From the NCBI GenBank assembly GCA_046497275.1, contig JAWOFX010000106.1:1-32000 (forward strand): a DNA stretch of 32,000 nucleotides, given 5' to 3'. The position numbers and the translations under genes are program-made. Of the stretch, positions 1-9,750 are shown piece after piece; the first letter of the stretch is position 1, and each line of letters begins with the position of its first letter. This stretch comes from Promethearchaeia archaeon (GTDB lineage: Archaea; Asgardarchaeota; Lokiarchaeia; Sigyniarchaeales; SOKP01). The notes under the pieces are model-generated. The model was not told the origin of the DNA, searched no databases, and saw nothing but the letters and a program-made list of their open reading frames with translations.

Positions 1-361
1 TTACTAAATGTTTCTAAAAATTCTTCTAAATTCGTGATATTTGAGACTTTAGAAACATGTATGAGCAAATTCTATAACACTTTTTCCCTAATAATTTAGT
101 TTAAAACCTTTACCGATAGCATATACTTTTTCTTAATCATTTAAATAATTATCTTTTTTTTTGAAATATTTTCACGAAGATTTATATATATCTTAATTAA
201 AAGTATTAATTTAACAAAAAAAGGTAAAGAATTGAGTTTCCAAAACACTAAAAGGATTAGATAATGAAAAAAGTCGATTTAAGAAACTGAGGAAAAAAAT
301 AAATTTATATAAGATCAAAAAATAATATTTAAATAGAATACTCAATTTGATGTAATTTGAT

Positions 362-775
362 ATGAAAATTTCGAAATTAGAACTCATTGATAAGGTGAAA
401 TATGCCAAAGATGCCTTATTAGAGAAGGAAAATACAAAGGCGGCACAAATTCTTGAAGAGCTTCTGCAAGATGATCCCATAAATGACCACTTGTGGCTGC
501 TTTTTGGCATTGTAAAACGAAGAATGAATGAATTTGAGAAGGCGATTAGTTGTTTTGAAACTGCGATAGAACTTAATCCTTCATTAGAAGAAGCTTGGGG
601 TTTATTAACCATTACTTATTTAGATATCAATGATAAGAAGCAAGCAGAAAATGTGATGAAAAAAGCTTTAGAATTAAATCCATATAATAATAAAATACAG
701 TTTTATCAAGAAAATCTCATTAATGTTTACCTAAAATTTGGCTCCTTTTTTGACAAGTTTGATAATGTAGCCTAG
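362..775 (+). CDS. Tetratricopeptide repeat (TPR) protein, 137 aa
   Basis: TPR-like helical repeats (LWLLFGIVKRRMNEFEKAISCFETAIELNP; AWGLLTITYLDINDKKQAENVMKKALELNP). Confidence 0.85.
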   Translation: MKISKLELIDKVKYAKDALLEKENTKAAQILEELLQDDPINDHLWLLFGIVKRRMNEFEKAISCFETAIELNPSLEEAWGLLTITYLDINDKKQAENVMKKALELNPYNNKIQFYQENLINVYLKFGSFFDKFDNVA

Positions 776-971
776 AAATTTAATCAAATTAAATATATTT
801 TTGCCCTTTCTTTACGATTTTTATTGATTATAAAATTGTTCAATTTTTTCTTTTTTTTCAAATTAAAATAATGAAAAACTTCACGTTTTTATATGCCGAC
901 ACTATTATGTTATTACCCTATTAATAAAATTTCTTATAGGGGAACAAAAAAAGTTATAGGGTTAAGGCATT

Positions 972-1232
972 ATGACTTTAAATTTTGAAGATAAAGAGCA
1001 TCTAAGAAGAGCCTTTTTAAAAGAATTAAATTGGTTTGAAGAGGAATTAGATCTCTTATTTAACGGGAAAACAAGTAATTTCACGCAAGAAGATTTTAAA
1101 TTAGCCGAAAAAATTTTAGATGGTATGTCTGAAATCATAAATAAGTATAGTTATGAAGAATTCTTATATGTTCTAACGTCAAAATTAAATAATATCAATA
1201 AAAAATACCCTGAATTATTTAAGAATTTATAA
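972..1232 (+). CDS. Small hypothetical helical protein, 86 aa
   Basis: ATG start, Glu/Lys/Leu-rich composition like neighbouring genes, no recognisable motif. Confidence 0.65.
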   Translation: MTLNFEDKEHLRRAFLKELNWFEEELDLLFNGKTSNFTQEDFKLAEKILDGMSEIINKYSYEEFLYVLTSKLNNINKKYPELFKNL

Positions 1233-1416
1233 TCTCTTTCTTTTCTGAGTTTTTTATCTTTTCAAATTTAATCTAATTATTAATCAAGCTATAATATAAT
1301 AAGAGTAAATTATTATTAGAAAGAATTTTTAATATTGAAAACTCTCAATTACTATTAAAGAAAAAAAAGTAAATTTCGTAAAATAATTATATGATTTGAG
1401 GTGTTGGATAAATTAA

Positions 1417-2274
1417 ATGAATGAAAAAAGTGTCTTTATTACAGGAGCTGCGACAGGAATTGGTAAAGCGTTGTCATTAAAATTAAATCAGATGGGATGG
1501 AGGATATTTGGTACCTATAATAGAACCCCCCCAGATGATCTTCTTAAAAAAGCATCGCCTAATATTACTATGATGAAGTGCAATGTAGCAGATCCAGAAG
1601 CCATAAAAAAAGCGGCAGAAAAAGTTGAAAAGGAATTAGGGGATGCTGGATTATCTTTATTAATCAGCAATGCAGCAATGACGGGTGCACCCGGACCTGT
1701 TGAAACATTAGATTTAGAGGAATTCCATTTTTTAATGGAAGTGAACTTTTGGGGACCGATACGTTTAGTACAAGCATTTCTCCCTCAACTTCGAAAATAT
1801 GAAAATGCGAGAATAATAATAGTGACTTCTACATCAGTATATCTCACTATCCCTCTTGGAAGTACTTATCCCACTTCGAAAAGCGCTTTGAGTGCATTAA
1901 CTCGTCATCTTCGCATGGAAATGGAACCATTTGGTATCCAAGTTACCGCATTAGAACCTGGTGGAGTGAGAACAAAAATGACAGGATTTACAAAAGAAGA
2001 AGAAACCAAATTATGGGAATCAATACCTCCTCATTTATTGACTCAATACCAAAAATATTTCTCCAATCCTGGCGATCAGATTGAAGAAAACTTTAAATTA
2101 TGGTCTCCTGCACGATTTGCTGAAAAAGTATATAAAAAAATTATTCTTGCTAAAAAATGGAAACCCGTGTATATCATTGGACCAGGAGTGAGGGCACTTC
2201 CAATCATGCGTCGATTATTCTCGCGCAGTCGAATAGAAAAAACTTTTAAAAAATTATTTGGTGTTAAATCTTAA
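1417..2274 (+). CDS. Short-chain dehydrogenase/reductase (SDR) family oxidoreductase
   Basis: TGAATGIG cofactor motif, SNAA, catalytic Ser region (VTSTS) and YxxxK (YPTSK), EPGGVRT motif; GAGGTG SD-like sequence upstream. Confidence 0.93.
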   Translation: MNEKSVFITGAATGIGKALSLKLNQMGWRIFGTYNRTPPDDLLKKASPNITMMKCNVADPEAIKKAAEKVEKELGDAGLSLLISNAAMTGAPGPVETLDLEEFHFLMEVNFWGPIRLVQAFLPQLRKYENARIIIVTSTSVYLTIPLGSTYPTSKSALSALTRHLRMEMEPFGIQVTALEPGGVRTKMTGFTKEEETKLWESIPPHLLTQYQKYFSNPGDQIEENFKLWSPARFAEKVYKKIILAKKWKPVYIIGPGVRALPIMRRLFSRSRIEKTFKKLFGVKS

Positions 2275-2379
2275 TTTTTTTTTTAAAAAAAACTCGTTTT
2301 ATATTTTGCCAATTTGGAGTTTGATTTCCAATCAATCATAAGAATTTCTTTATAAAAGTATAATTCATTTGAATTTGAA

Positions 2380-2739
2380 TTGCAAAAGGATGATACCACT
2401 CAAGAGATAGTAAATAAAAGAGAGTTACACCAGTTCATTGCCAGTATAACGTTTTACTTGGTGGTTTTTAACTCTCAAGTTTTTATTAAAGAGGGGAGCA
2501 AACATTCGAGAGCAGATTATGCATTGTTTGCGTCACAGCGGGAATTGTTTTATGATAATGAAATCACGGGATTATCTTCAAAGGGGATTGGAAGTAGACA
2601 ATTAAGTCCCACTGGACTTAGTATTATGTCCATATGGGGCGATAAATGGAATCGAGATGCAGGTGGTAGGATTGTGTGGAATTACGGTGATTGCTGGCCA
2701 ATATACATGTTTGATGACTGTTTAGGGATAATTGATTGA
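2380..2739 (+). CDS. Possible hypothetical protein, 119 aa (TTG start)
   Basis: Open frame fills the gap between the SDR and LRR genes; composition atypical, no family recognised. Confidence 0.3.
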   Translation: MQKDDTTQEIVNKRELHQFIASITFYLVVFNSQVFIKEGSKHSRADYALFASQRELFYDNEITGLSSKGIGSRQLSPTGLSIMSIWGDKWNRDAGGRIVWNYGDCWPIYMFDDCLGIID

Positions 2740-2825
2740 TTTAAATCTCACTTCCTTTCATCCAGAGACGATATTTTGAAATTGGAATAAATTTTAATAT
2801 CCATAATACCTTAATACCTTGATAA

Positions 2826-3992
2826 ATGCCAGAATTCAGAATCAATAAGTTTTTATCTCTCATATTAGATGGTAATCAGACTATTATTTATGTAAAAGGA
2901 GTACCGTTTATTCATTGCAAGTCGCTATTGATCACGATTCCTAAAGATCAAGTCCAAAATTTTGATAATATCAACTCGATTGATGAGGCAGAAGAAAAAT
3001 ATGAATTATTAGATGACGATATGGGATATAGAAATGCTGAAATCTCTCCAGAGACCGAATTTTGGGGGCATTGTTCCAACCTTCAAGTCTGGGCAGAGAA
3101 TGGCTATGATACTCGCTTTCTCCATTCAAACATTGCATTTGCCTTACTTAAGAAATTAACAGAGGTCGGTGATCCGAAAGCAAGAGGAAGATTTTACGAG
3201 GAGATAAAATATAGATACGCGCACGGCTCCAAAAGTGTGAGAGAATATCTTAGGCGGGAGGCATATCTTGATTGTCTTCCCGAGGACCAGAGGTTCCATT
3301 TACTCGTAAATGACGATGATTTCAATGCAGTCTATGATCTTTCAGAAGAACTACGTCCTCATTACGGAGATCATTCCCTTAATGCAGTAAAAAGTGTAAT
3401 CAAAATTGAAGGTCAGCGTATCACTGAATTATCGATTCGAGGAACTAATCTCGAAGAGATCCCAAAATCAATTTCGAAGTTTAACTCATTGGAATTTTTA
3501 GACTTGAGTTATAATGGATTTACAGAAATTCCATTAAACATATTGGAAATGGAAAATCTTAAAAAATTATATTTTGATAATAACAACCTCCGCTATATAC
3601 CCAGCAGAATAACTCGAATGAAATTATTAGAGCATTTAGATCTCTCATTCAACAAATTAAGATGTCTTCCTAAGAGGATTGGCAAACTTAAAAATCTGAA
3701 AAAATTATCTCTTTCTAGAAATCTGATCTATAGATTACCAGAATCCTTCTCGAAGTTGAAACAATTAGAATCCTTATATTTATCTTTTAATAAACTAATA
3801 ACCTTACCGGAATGGATTGGACAACTAAAAAATTTAAAATGCTTAAGTCTAAGGGGTAATAAATTAAGAGAATTGCCATCATCTTTCGCGAATTTAAAAA
3901 AATTGGAACACTTGGATCTCAAAAAGAACAAATTTACAGAATCCCCTGAACTGCTAAGTAGCTTACCTAATCTTAAGAGAACTGATATTTGA
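2826..3992 (+). CDS. Lokiarchaeal-type leucine-rich repeat protein
   Basis: N-terminal domain with EFWGHCSNLQVWAENGYDTRFLHSNIAF...LKKL, typical of Lokiarchaeia LRR proteins, followed by 8 full 23-aa LRRs. Confidence 0.9.
   Translation: MPEFRINKFLSLILDGNQTIIYVKGVPFIHCKSLLITIPKDQVQNFDNINSIDEAEEKYELLDDDMGYRNAEISPETEFWGHCSNLQVWAENGYDTRFLHSNIAFALLKKLTEVGDPKARGRFYEEIKYRYAHGSKSVREYLRREAYLDCLPEDQRFHLLVNDDDFNAVYDLSEELRPHYGDHSLNAVKSVIKIEGQRITELSIRGTNLEEIPKSISKFNSLEFLDLSYNGFTEIPLNILEMENLKKLYFDNNNLRYIPSRITRMKLLEHLDLSFNKLRCLPKRIGKLKNLKKLSLSRNLIYRLPESFSKLKQLESLYLSFNKLITLPEWIGQLKNLKCLSLRGNKLRELPSSFANLKKLEHLDLKKNKFTESPELLSSLPNLKRTDI
3420..3989 (+). repeat. LRR array: 8 x 23-aa repeats plus a partial ninth
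   Basis: LxxLxLxxNxLxxLPxxIxxLxx consensus repeated with 69-nt period from ITELSIRG to LKRTDI. Confidence 0.9.
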
Positions 3993-4047
3993 AGATGGTA
4001 TGGTTCTTCTTCTGATCCTCAATTTGCCACATTTTTTTTTGCATAAT

Positions 4048-4803
4048 TTATTTTCTGTGACCCGTTCTTCGGGCAGCTATTTGTCCAACTTTGCGGCCGG
4101 GTGGAGTATTGCGACCGATTGTTGTTGGCTTATGAGGAGACTGCTTAGCGCCTCCGCCGAAGGGATGAGAACAAGCATTCATCGTAACACCCCTGACTAC
4201 GGGCCATTTTTTAGCTTTTGACCTCACATAATAATGTTTACTTCCTGCTTTTAGAAAAGGTTTATCAGTCCTGCCCCCGCCAGCAACTACTCCGATTGTA
4301 CATAAACAATTTTCATTGAACCATTTTGATTTTTTAGATCTGAATTTCACACTTACTTTATTCCCAGATTTTTCCTTGATAATTGCAGACACACCAGAAG
4401 CGCGTGAAAATTTGCCCCCATCATTTGGTTTACCTTCAATATTACACACAACCGTTCCAAGAGGGACATCTTTCAGAGGAACTATATTTCCCACGTTAAT
4501 CATGGCTTGTTTAGCTTTGATGGTTTTCTTTTTATCGATATCTTTTCGAGTTTGTACATATTCATCTCCTACATATACACCCTCAGGAGGCAAATATAAG
4601 CCTTTTAGACCATCTTCATATCTAATTTTTGCGACTGGAGCCCCTCTTCCAGGAGAGTGTATAAAATCAACGATTTCAAAGGAATATTTCATCTCGCCTT
4701 CCTTAAATGGGCGATATCTCACTGATCCAATATGACGATGACTTGGACTACGTGCCCATGTATGTCCATATCCTTTCCTCTGTGCTAAAATTCTTTTTCC
4801 CAT
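4048..4803 (-). CDS. rpl2: 50S ribosomal protein uL2 (archaeal L2P)
   Basis: MGKRILAQRKG start (ATG at 4803 preferred over GTG at 4812), HSPGRGAP, GGKFSRASG, WPVVRGVTMNACSHPFGGG, GQIAARRTG motifs. Confidence 0.97.
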   Translation of the reverse strand: MGKRILAQRKGYGHTWARSPSHRHIGSVRYRPFKEGEMKYSFEIVDFIHSPGRGAPVAKIRYEDGLKGLYLPPEGVYVGDEYVQTRKDIDKKKTIKAKQAMINVGNIVPLKDVPLGTVVCNIEGKPNDGGKFSRASGVSAIIKEKSGNKVSVKFRSKKSKWFNENCLCTIGVVAGGGRTDKPFLKAGSKHYYVRSKAKKWPVVRGVTMNACSHPFGGGAKQSPHKPTTIGRNTPPGRKVGQIAARRTGHRK

Positions 4804-4957
4804 CTGTATCACTTGAACATGTCAAATAAATAATGTAAGAAAAATAATTGTTAAAACTTTAAATTTTTTATTCTTTTTCAAGTAGAATTAAAATTTATCA
4901 ATAAGAATTGAATTACTTTTGGATAGGTTTTTGAGTTAATTTATAAAAATTTAGGCT

Positions 4958-6316
4958 TTAAAGCTTATTATCTTCTAATAAGTCGTCAATATCGTAATTA
5001 AACGCAATAGGAATTTCTCGTTCTAAGAACTCCCCGGCAATATTCGTGGATAATAATTCTTTTGCTTCTTCATAATTGTCTGTTTGTCCTAAAACCCATC
5101 CTAATTTCACGTATCCCACTTCGGGGATCATATTTTTACCTGAGATAACTCCCATATTAATTAATTCTCTACCAGTTGAGTATACATTCATACCTGTAAA
5201 CCCGTGAAGAGTTTGAGTTGTCATTAATACTACAATTTTCTCTTCGATGGCACGTTGAATCGCATCAAATACTCGATGACTTACATGTCCTAATCCAGTT
5301 CCGGCAATAAGGATTCCTTTATATCCCTTATCGACATAAAAATGAATTTCCTCATTCGTTAATCCTGGATATGAGTAGACGAATCCAATCTTCTCTTCAA
5401 ATTCTGTGAGGGCTATAGTTTTTCTTTTCCCTTTCTTACGATAATCATTTGTAAACATTCTGATTTTTCTGTCCTTAACCATTCCCATTGGAATATTATC
5501 TATCGTTCTAAAGGTATTTCGATATGAAGAATGCATTTTTCGTACTAAAGTTCCTTTATGAATTAAGTCATATTCATGAGATGAAGACCCAAGCATCACT
5601 ACCACTACTTCAGCGATATTTGAGGCAGCAACAGAAGCAGCATTAATAAGATTCATTGCCGCATCAGATGATGGTCGGTCAGAGCTACGTTGACTTCCAA
5701 CTATGACTACTGGAATTGAGAGATCTTTCAACATAAATGATAATGCCGCAGAAGTATAACCCATAGTATCTGTTCCATGGGCGATAACAATGCCATCTCT
5801 TCCAGAATTAGAAAGTTTTTGGATTTTATTAGCTAATTTTTTCCAATATTCTGGTTTCATATCTTCCGAATAAATTTTAAAAACAATCTCCGTCTCAAGA
5901 TTGCATACTTCAGCTAATTCTGGGACTGCGCTGAAAAGTTCCCCAGGACTAAACGCAGGAATTACAGCTCCTGTGGTATAATCTAGACGAGATGCTACAG
6001 TCCCTCCAGTTCCTAATAGAGTAATTTCGGGGAGTCCTTTTGTCGTAGGAAATTTTTTTTCAGGGATCTTATACTTCGCTTCTCTTTTTCCAATCTTTTC
6101 AATATTTTTGATATCTTCAACTTTAATACCCACATTATAATTATTTTCTAATTTAATCTCAATAAATCCTGGCTCAGAATATTCATTTCTTGGTAAAAGA
6201 ATTCCTTCAAAATCCGTTTTATCAGTAAATACCCTTATAATATCCCATATTCCCAGCTTCTTTTCATTTAAGAATTCCTTTACTTTTTCCTTATATCCTT
6301 TTAATTTATCATTCAT
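4958..6316 (-). CDS. gatD: Glutamyl-tRNA(Gln) amidotransferase subunit D
   Basis: N-terminal GatD domain plus asparaginase-like TGGTVASRLDYTTGAV, HGTDTMGY, SQRSSDRPSSD, KMHSSYRNTF motifs. Confidence 0.97.
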   Translation of the reverse strand: MNDKLKGYKEKVKEFLNEKKLGIWDIIRVFTDKTDFEGILLPRNEYSEPGFIEIKLENNYNVGIKVEDIKNIEKIGKREAKYKIPEKKFPTTKGLPEITLLGTGGTVASRLDYTTGAVIPAFSPGELFSAVPELAEVCNLETEIVFKIYSEDMKPEYWKKLANKIQKLSNSGRDGIVIAHGTDTMGYTSAALSFMLKDLSIPVVIVGSQRSSDRPSSDAAMNLINAASVAASNIAEVVVVMLGSSSHEYDLIHKGTLVRKMHSSYRNTFRTIDNIPMGMVKDRKIRMFTNDYRKKGKRKTIALTEFEEKIGFVYSYPGLTNEEIHFYVDKGYKGILIAGTGLGHVSHRVFDAIQRAIEEKIVVLMTTQTLHGFTGMNVYSTGRELINMGVISGKNMIPEVGYVKLGWVLGQTDNYEEAKELLSTNIAGEFLEREIPIAFNYDIDDLLEDNKL

Positions 6317-8245
6317 TTAGTTCATCTCCTTTAAATTTTGCGTTATTGCTTCTTTTAATTTTTTTGATATTATAGCACCGTCAATCTTACCTCGTAATCT
6401 TTTCATCGCATCTCCCATCAATGGTCCCATTGCTCGCATTTCCTGTTCTTTGATTAAATCTTTGTTTTTATGAATAACTTCATCGATTATTTGATTAAGC
6501 TCATCCATAGAAACCTTCTCAATTTTTAACTTTTCCTTTACCTCTTCAATTGAGAGAGTTGGATTATCGGCTTTTTCTGCCATTATTTCTTCAATTGCTT
6601 CTTTCCCAATCTCTCCATCGTTTAATAATGTAAAAATTTCTTTATAATTCTCGTTAGAAATATTTTCAATTTCCTTTCCATCCCTTTTAAGAGCAGTTGT
6701 GGTCTCTAAGAGAGTTGTAAGGATATGAGTTGGATTTTCTGGGTAAATTTTAACGAGAGTATTAAACAATTCCAAGTCCCCATTGAAAATTAAGTCTTTA
6801 ATTACTCTTTCTTTAGTGTTATATTTTTTAGAATAATCTTTAATAATTTCCCATGGATAATCAGGCAATTCATCTTGAATAGCTTTTATTTCTGATTGTT
6901 TATTAATAATGGGTTTTGTATCTGTGTCAGGGTACAGACGTGCTCCTCCATGAAGTTCTCTCAAGAATTCTGTATTTCCATTATCTAATGCTTTTCTTGT
7001 TTCAGGTGGGACTCCATTAAACGCAGATCTAACACGGTCTTTAATCACATTAGAAGCTTTTTGTACTTCATTTTCATTTCCGATAATTAAAACAAAACAA
7101 TCCTTCTCATCATACCTTAATTTTTTCTTAATTATATTGATATCCGAATCTGAAAACCCATAATCTTTTAGATTCTCATCAGAGTGGATAATTCCTTTCA
7201 ATCCTGAGATTGATTGAACTTTACTGCTTACTTCAGTTCCAAAACGATAATCGGGAATAAGTTCCATTCCAAAAATTCCACTAAAATTTTTAAAATTAAT
7301 ACCAACAAGATTTTTTCCTTTTTTAAATCCATTTGCGATAAATTTACAATCTGTTTTTTTTAAGTCATGTGAAAGGTCTATTGGATTGCCGATCGCATCC
7401 TCCTGTTTTATGTTCATATCTTTTAATTTTTCTTTAATTTTTAGAAGATTGTATTGACGTGAAATTTCATGATTAATTAAGACAGGAATCCAATCCAATT
7501 TCTGTACTCCCTTTATTTCTATTCTCGTTCCTCCTTTTATACTCACATTTATATCCTGTCGAATTGAACCTAACAATTTTTTTACTTTAGTAGACCATAA
7601 TAAGAGCCCTAAACGTTCTGCACATTCTCTACACTCATTAGGGTCATTAATATCAGGTTTTGTTGTTACTTCTACAAGAGGTATGCCCAATCTGTCTAAT
7701 CTAAAAATATTAGTTTTTTCTAGCGTTTCAATTTTACGCGCGGCATCTTCTTCTAAACACAAAATATCTATTCTAATTTTCTTTCCTTTTTCTAATTCAA
7801 TATAACCATCTTTGGCTAAAATCATGGTTCTTTGAAAACCACATGGTACGCTTCCATCAAGATAGTTTTTTCGACACACATGCATCTCTTTGATAATATT
7901 TGAATTAAGAAGTAGAGCAATTTCTAAGGCGATTTTTCTTGCCTCATCATTACAATCAAAGGGAGGAGTTTCATCCATTTCATATGTGCATATTACATCG
8001 TTATAGCATTCATAAATGGTTTTCATCTCTTTTTCATACTCTGTAAGCATCGCCTCATCATAGGCACCCATCTCTCCAAGCACAGGCCTCATTTCTCTCC
8101 GTAATATAAAATCTGGTTCTCTTGTTCCTTGTAGTTCATTCGGACATCTACAAAATAGCTTTTTCTCTGAATCAAGCTGTTGATGGATCTCTAAACCACA
8201 TTTTAAGCCTAGTTGTTTATAATCAAAATCTTCCATATTTATCAT
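6317..8245 (-). CDS. gatE: Glutamyl-tRNA(Gln) amidotransferase subunit E
   Basis: GLKCGLEIHQQL, DGSVPCGFQRT, LEEDAAR, RLDRLGIPLVE, IRQDINVSI, GGARLYPDTD motifs; C-terminal Yqey-like tail. The start may be the second ATG (MEDFDY). The stop abuts the gatD start. Confidence 0.97.
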   Translation of the reverse strand: MINMEDFDYKQLGLKCGLEIHQQLDSEKKLFCRCPNELQGTREPDFILRREMRPVLGEMGAYDEAMLTEYEKEMKTIYECYNDVICTYEMDETPPFDCNDEARKIALEIALLLNSNIIKEMHVCRKNYLDGSVPCGFQRTMILAKDGYIELEKGKKIRIDILCLEEDAARKIETLEKTNIFRLDRLGIPLVEVTTKPDINDPNECRECAERLGLLLWSTKVKKLLGSIRQDINVSIKGGTRIEIKGVQKLDWIPVLINHEISRQYNLLKIKEKLKDMNIKQEDAIGNPIDLSHDLKKTDCKFIANGFKKGKNLVGINFKNFSGIFGMELIPDYRFGTEVSSKVQSISGLKGIIHSDENLKDYGFSDSDINIIKKKLRYDEKDCFVLIIGNENEVQKASNVIKDRVRSAFNGVPPETRKALDNGNTEFLRELHGGARLYPDTDTKPIINKQSEIKAIQDELPDYPWEIIKDYSKKYNTKERVIKDLIFNGDLELFNTLVKIYPENPTHILTTLLETTTALKRDGKEIENISNENYKEIFTLLNDGEIGKEAIEEIMAEKADNPTLSIEEVKEKLKIEKVSMDELNQIIDEVIHKNKDLIKEQEMRAMGPLMGDAMKRLRGKIDGAIISKKLKEAITQNLKEMN

Positions 8246-8345
8246 AAATTTAGTCTAATTTATTATCTTTTTTACAATTATTATCTAAAATTACGATTTA
8301 CTTTAGAGGGAAGAAAGAAAAGTGAAATAATAGGGAAAATTAAAC

Positions 8346-9416
8346 TTATTTTAAATAATATTTTCCATTGTATTCTTTCACTTTCACATAATTTGAAAGA
8401 TACTCTAAAAAAAATTCTCTTTGTTCTTGTTTAGAGGGGTTTAAACGGATTCTAAAGATTAATTCTTGTTCATTCTCAATTTCAATCCAGTGAAGCTTTT
8501 CAAAAAATCTTAGAAAATTTAATAGACGATTTTCCATATTTCCATATTTTTCTATATTTTCTTCTATTAGTTTTATCCATCTGTGTCTAGCAAAATCATC
8601 CTCAAAATCAATAGACACATCCTTATCAGAAGCCATTTTCATCCATAAATAATAATCATGATCTTTAAGCACTCCAGTATAATTAATAAAAAATTGGATA
8701 TTGTAATCTATTAATTTACGTAGTTCTTCTCTGGAGACATTTTCCTCAAACATCAACTCGATGCCTTCTGCCTCAATCCGATAATAGGAATTCTTAGGTG
8801 AATGTATAAAACTTGTTAATTTTATCCCTAAAAGACCAAATATCGCACTAACAAATTTTGCATTCTCATATATAAGATTTTTATAGAGACTAGTTACCTC
8901 CACTCTAAACTTTGGATAAATTGAATCATTTTGGGTTATAACTTCAAAATTCAGATGAGAACTTAAATTATTCTCTCTAAAATAGTTTTCCAATCTTTTA
9001 ATAAAGATTTCTAATTTATTTACATCTTTTTCTGTAAAATAGTCCTTAAAAAAAATTTTCATTGCTGAAAAAAAACTCAAAGTCCCTTCATAATCAAGTT
9101 CAGTATATTTATTAGTCTCAAGAATCATTTCATAAAAGGGAATTGTAGCTTTGAAGCTGAATTTGTCATAAAAACTATTAACTTCTTCATCTACAAATTT
9201 TTCAAAATCATCAAGAGTTTTTCCTCGTTCAAATGCATTAAGAGTTTTTTCCATTACTTGGGTATAAAAAGCAGAGATACTTTTATATCTCTCATCCTCA
9301 GGATGTTCATTTTTCATTTTATTAACATATCTATTAATCCAATCTTTTAGAGCTGGAGATATGGATATACATTGTTGAGAAGTCTTTTTAGTCGATAAAT
9401 ATTTTTTTGATGTCAT
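8346..9416 (-). CDS. Hypothetical protein, 356 aa, with probable N-terminal ribbon-helix-helix DNA-binding domain
   Basis: Likely start is ATG 9416 (MTSKKY), because the 37 codons upstream in the ORF track are intergenic-like. QCISISPALKDWINRYV...SISAFYTQVMEK fits the strand-helix-helix RHH pattern. Confidence 0.7.
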   Translation of the reverse strand: MTSKKYLSTKKTSQQCISISPALKDWINRYVNKMKNEHPEDERYKSISAFYTQVMEKTLNAFERGKTLDDFEKFVDEEVNSFYDKFSFKATIPFYEMILETNKYTELDYEGTLSFFSAMKIFFKDYFTEKDVNKLEIFIKRLENYFRENNLSSHLNFEVITQNDSIYPKFRVEVTSLYKNLIYENAKFVSAIFGLLGIKLTSFIHSPKNSYYRIEAEGIELMFEENVSREELRKLIDYNIQFFINYTGVLKDHDYYLWMKMASDKDVSIDFEDDFARHRWIKLIEENIEKYGNMENRLLNFLRFFEKLHWIEIENEQELIFRIRLNPSKQEQREFFLEYLSNYVKVKEYNGKYYLK

Positions 9417-9750
9417 TTTTTGTTGGATAAATTTTGTTTTTATATAATATATTAAAAAATGCAAAATATAAAACACTTTTTCAAATAATTTTATGTTATT
9501 CATGAAAATAATATAAAAATGAAACAATTTCCTTAATTTTATTCAAAATTAAATATTATTGAATATCTTTTTCTAAATCGCTCTTAAATTGAACATTTAT
9601 AAAATAATAATCTAATAGTATTATTTAAATATAAAACTCAATACTATAAAGATAATAAACCAAAAAGAGAAAAAAGGGGAGCTTTACAGGAGGGCTTTTT
9701 TCAATTCTTATTTGAAGAGATAAATTTCATTAACATAATATAGCATTAAT

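Noticed and set aside
1-140. Possible gene start on the minus strand running off the left edge
   Set aside because: The frame from ATG 140 has two stops; only a short TTG-started stretch remains, too little to call.
211-612. Antisense or overlapping ORFs in the track (e.g. 211-612, 3728-3931, 4000-4221, 4316-4735, 9954-10160, 12718-12990, 14354-14659, 25382-25651, 27331-27588)
   Set aside because: They overlap well-supported genes on the opposite strand or frame and have shadow-ORF composition.
2640-2739. Resemblance of RDAGGRIVWNYGDCWP to phage tail-tube (gp19-like) C-terminal motifs
   Set aside because: Too short, the rest of the ORF does not fit, and there are no phage or contractile-system genes nearby.
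4501-4554. uL2 insertion as an in-frame BHB intron
   Set aside because: The sequence is A-rich, with no stem or bulge-helix-bulge pairing that I could find; it reads as coding.
8244-8263. AT-rich palindrome ATAAATT-N6-AATTTAT at the gatE start
   Set aside because: Expected by chance at this base composition.
9665-9705. Purine/G-rich patch downstream of elp3 as a structured ncRNA or SECIS
   Set aside because: No stable stem or SECIS core, and no in-frame UGA in the adjacent genes; more likely a pyrimidine-rich terminator region on the minus strand.
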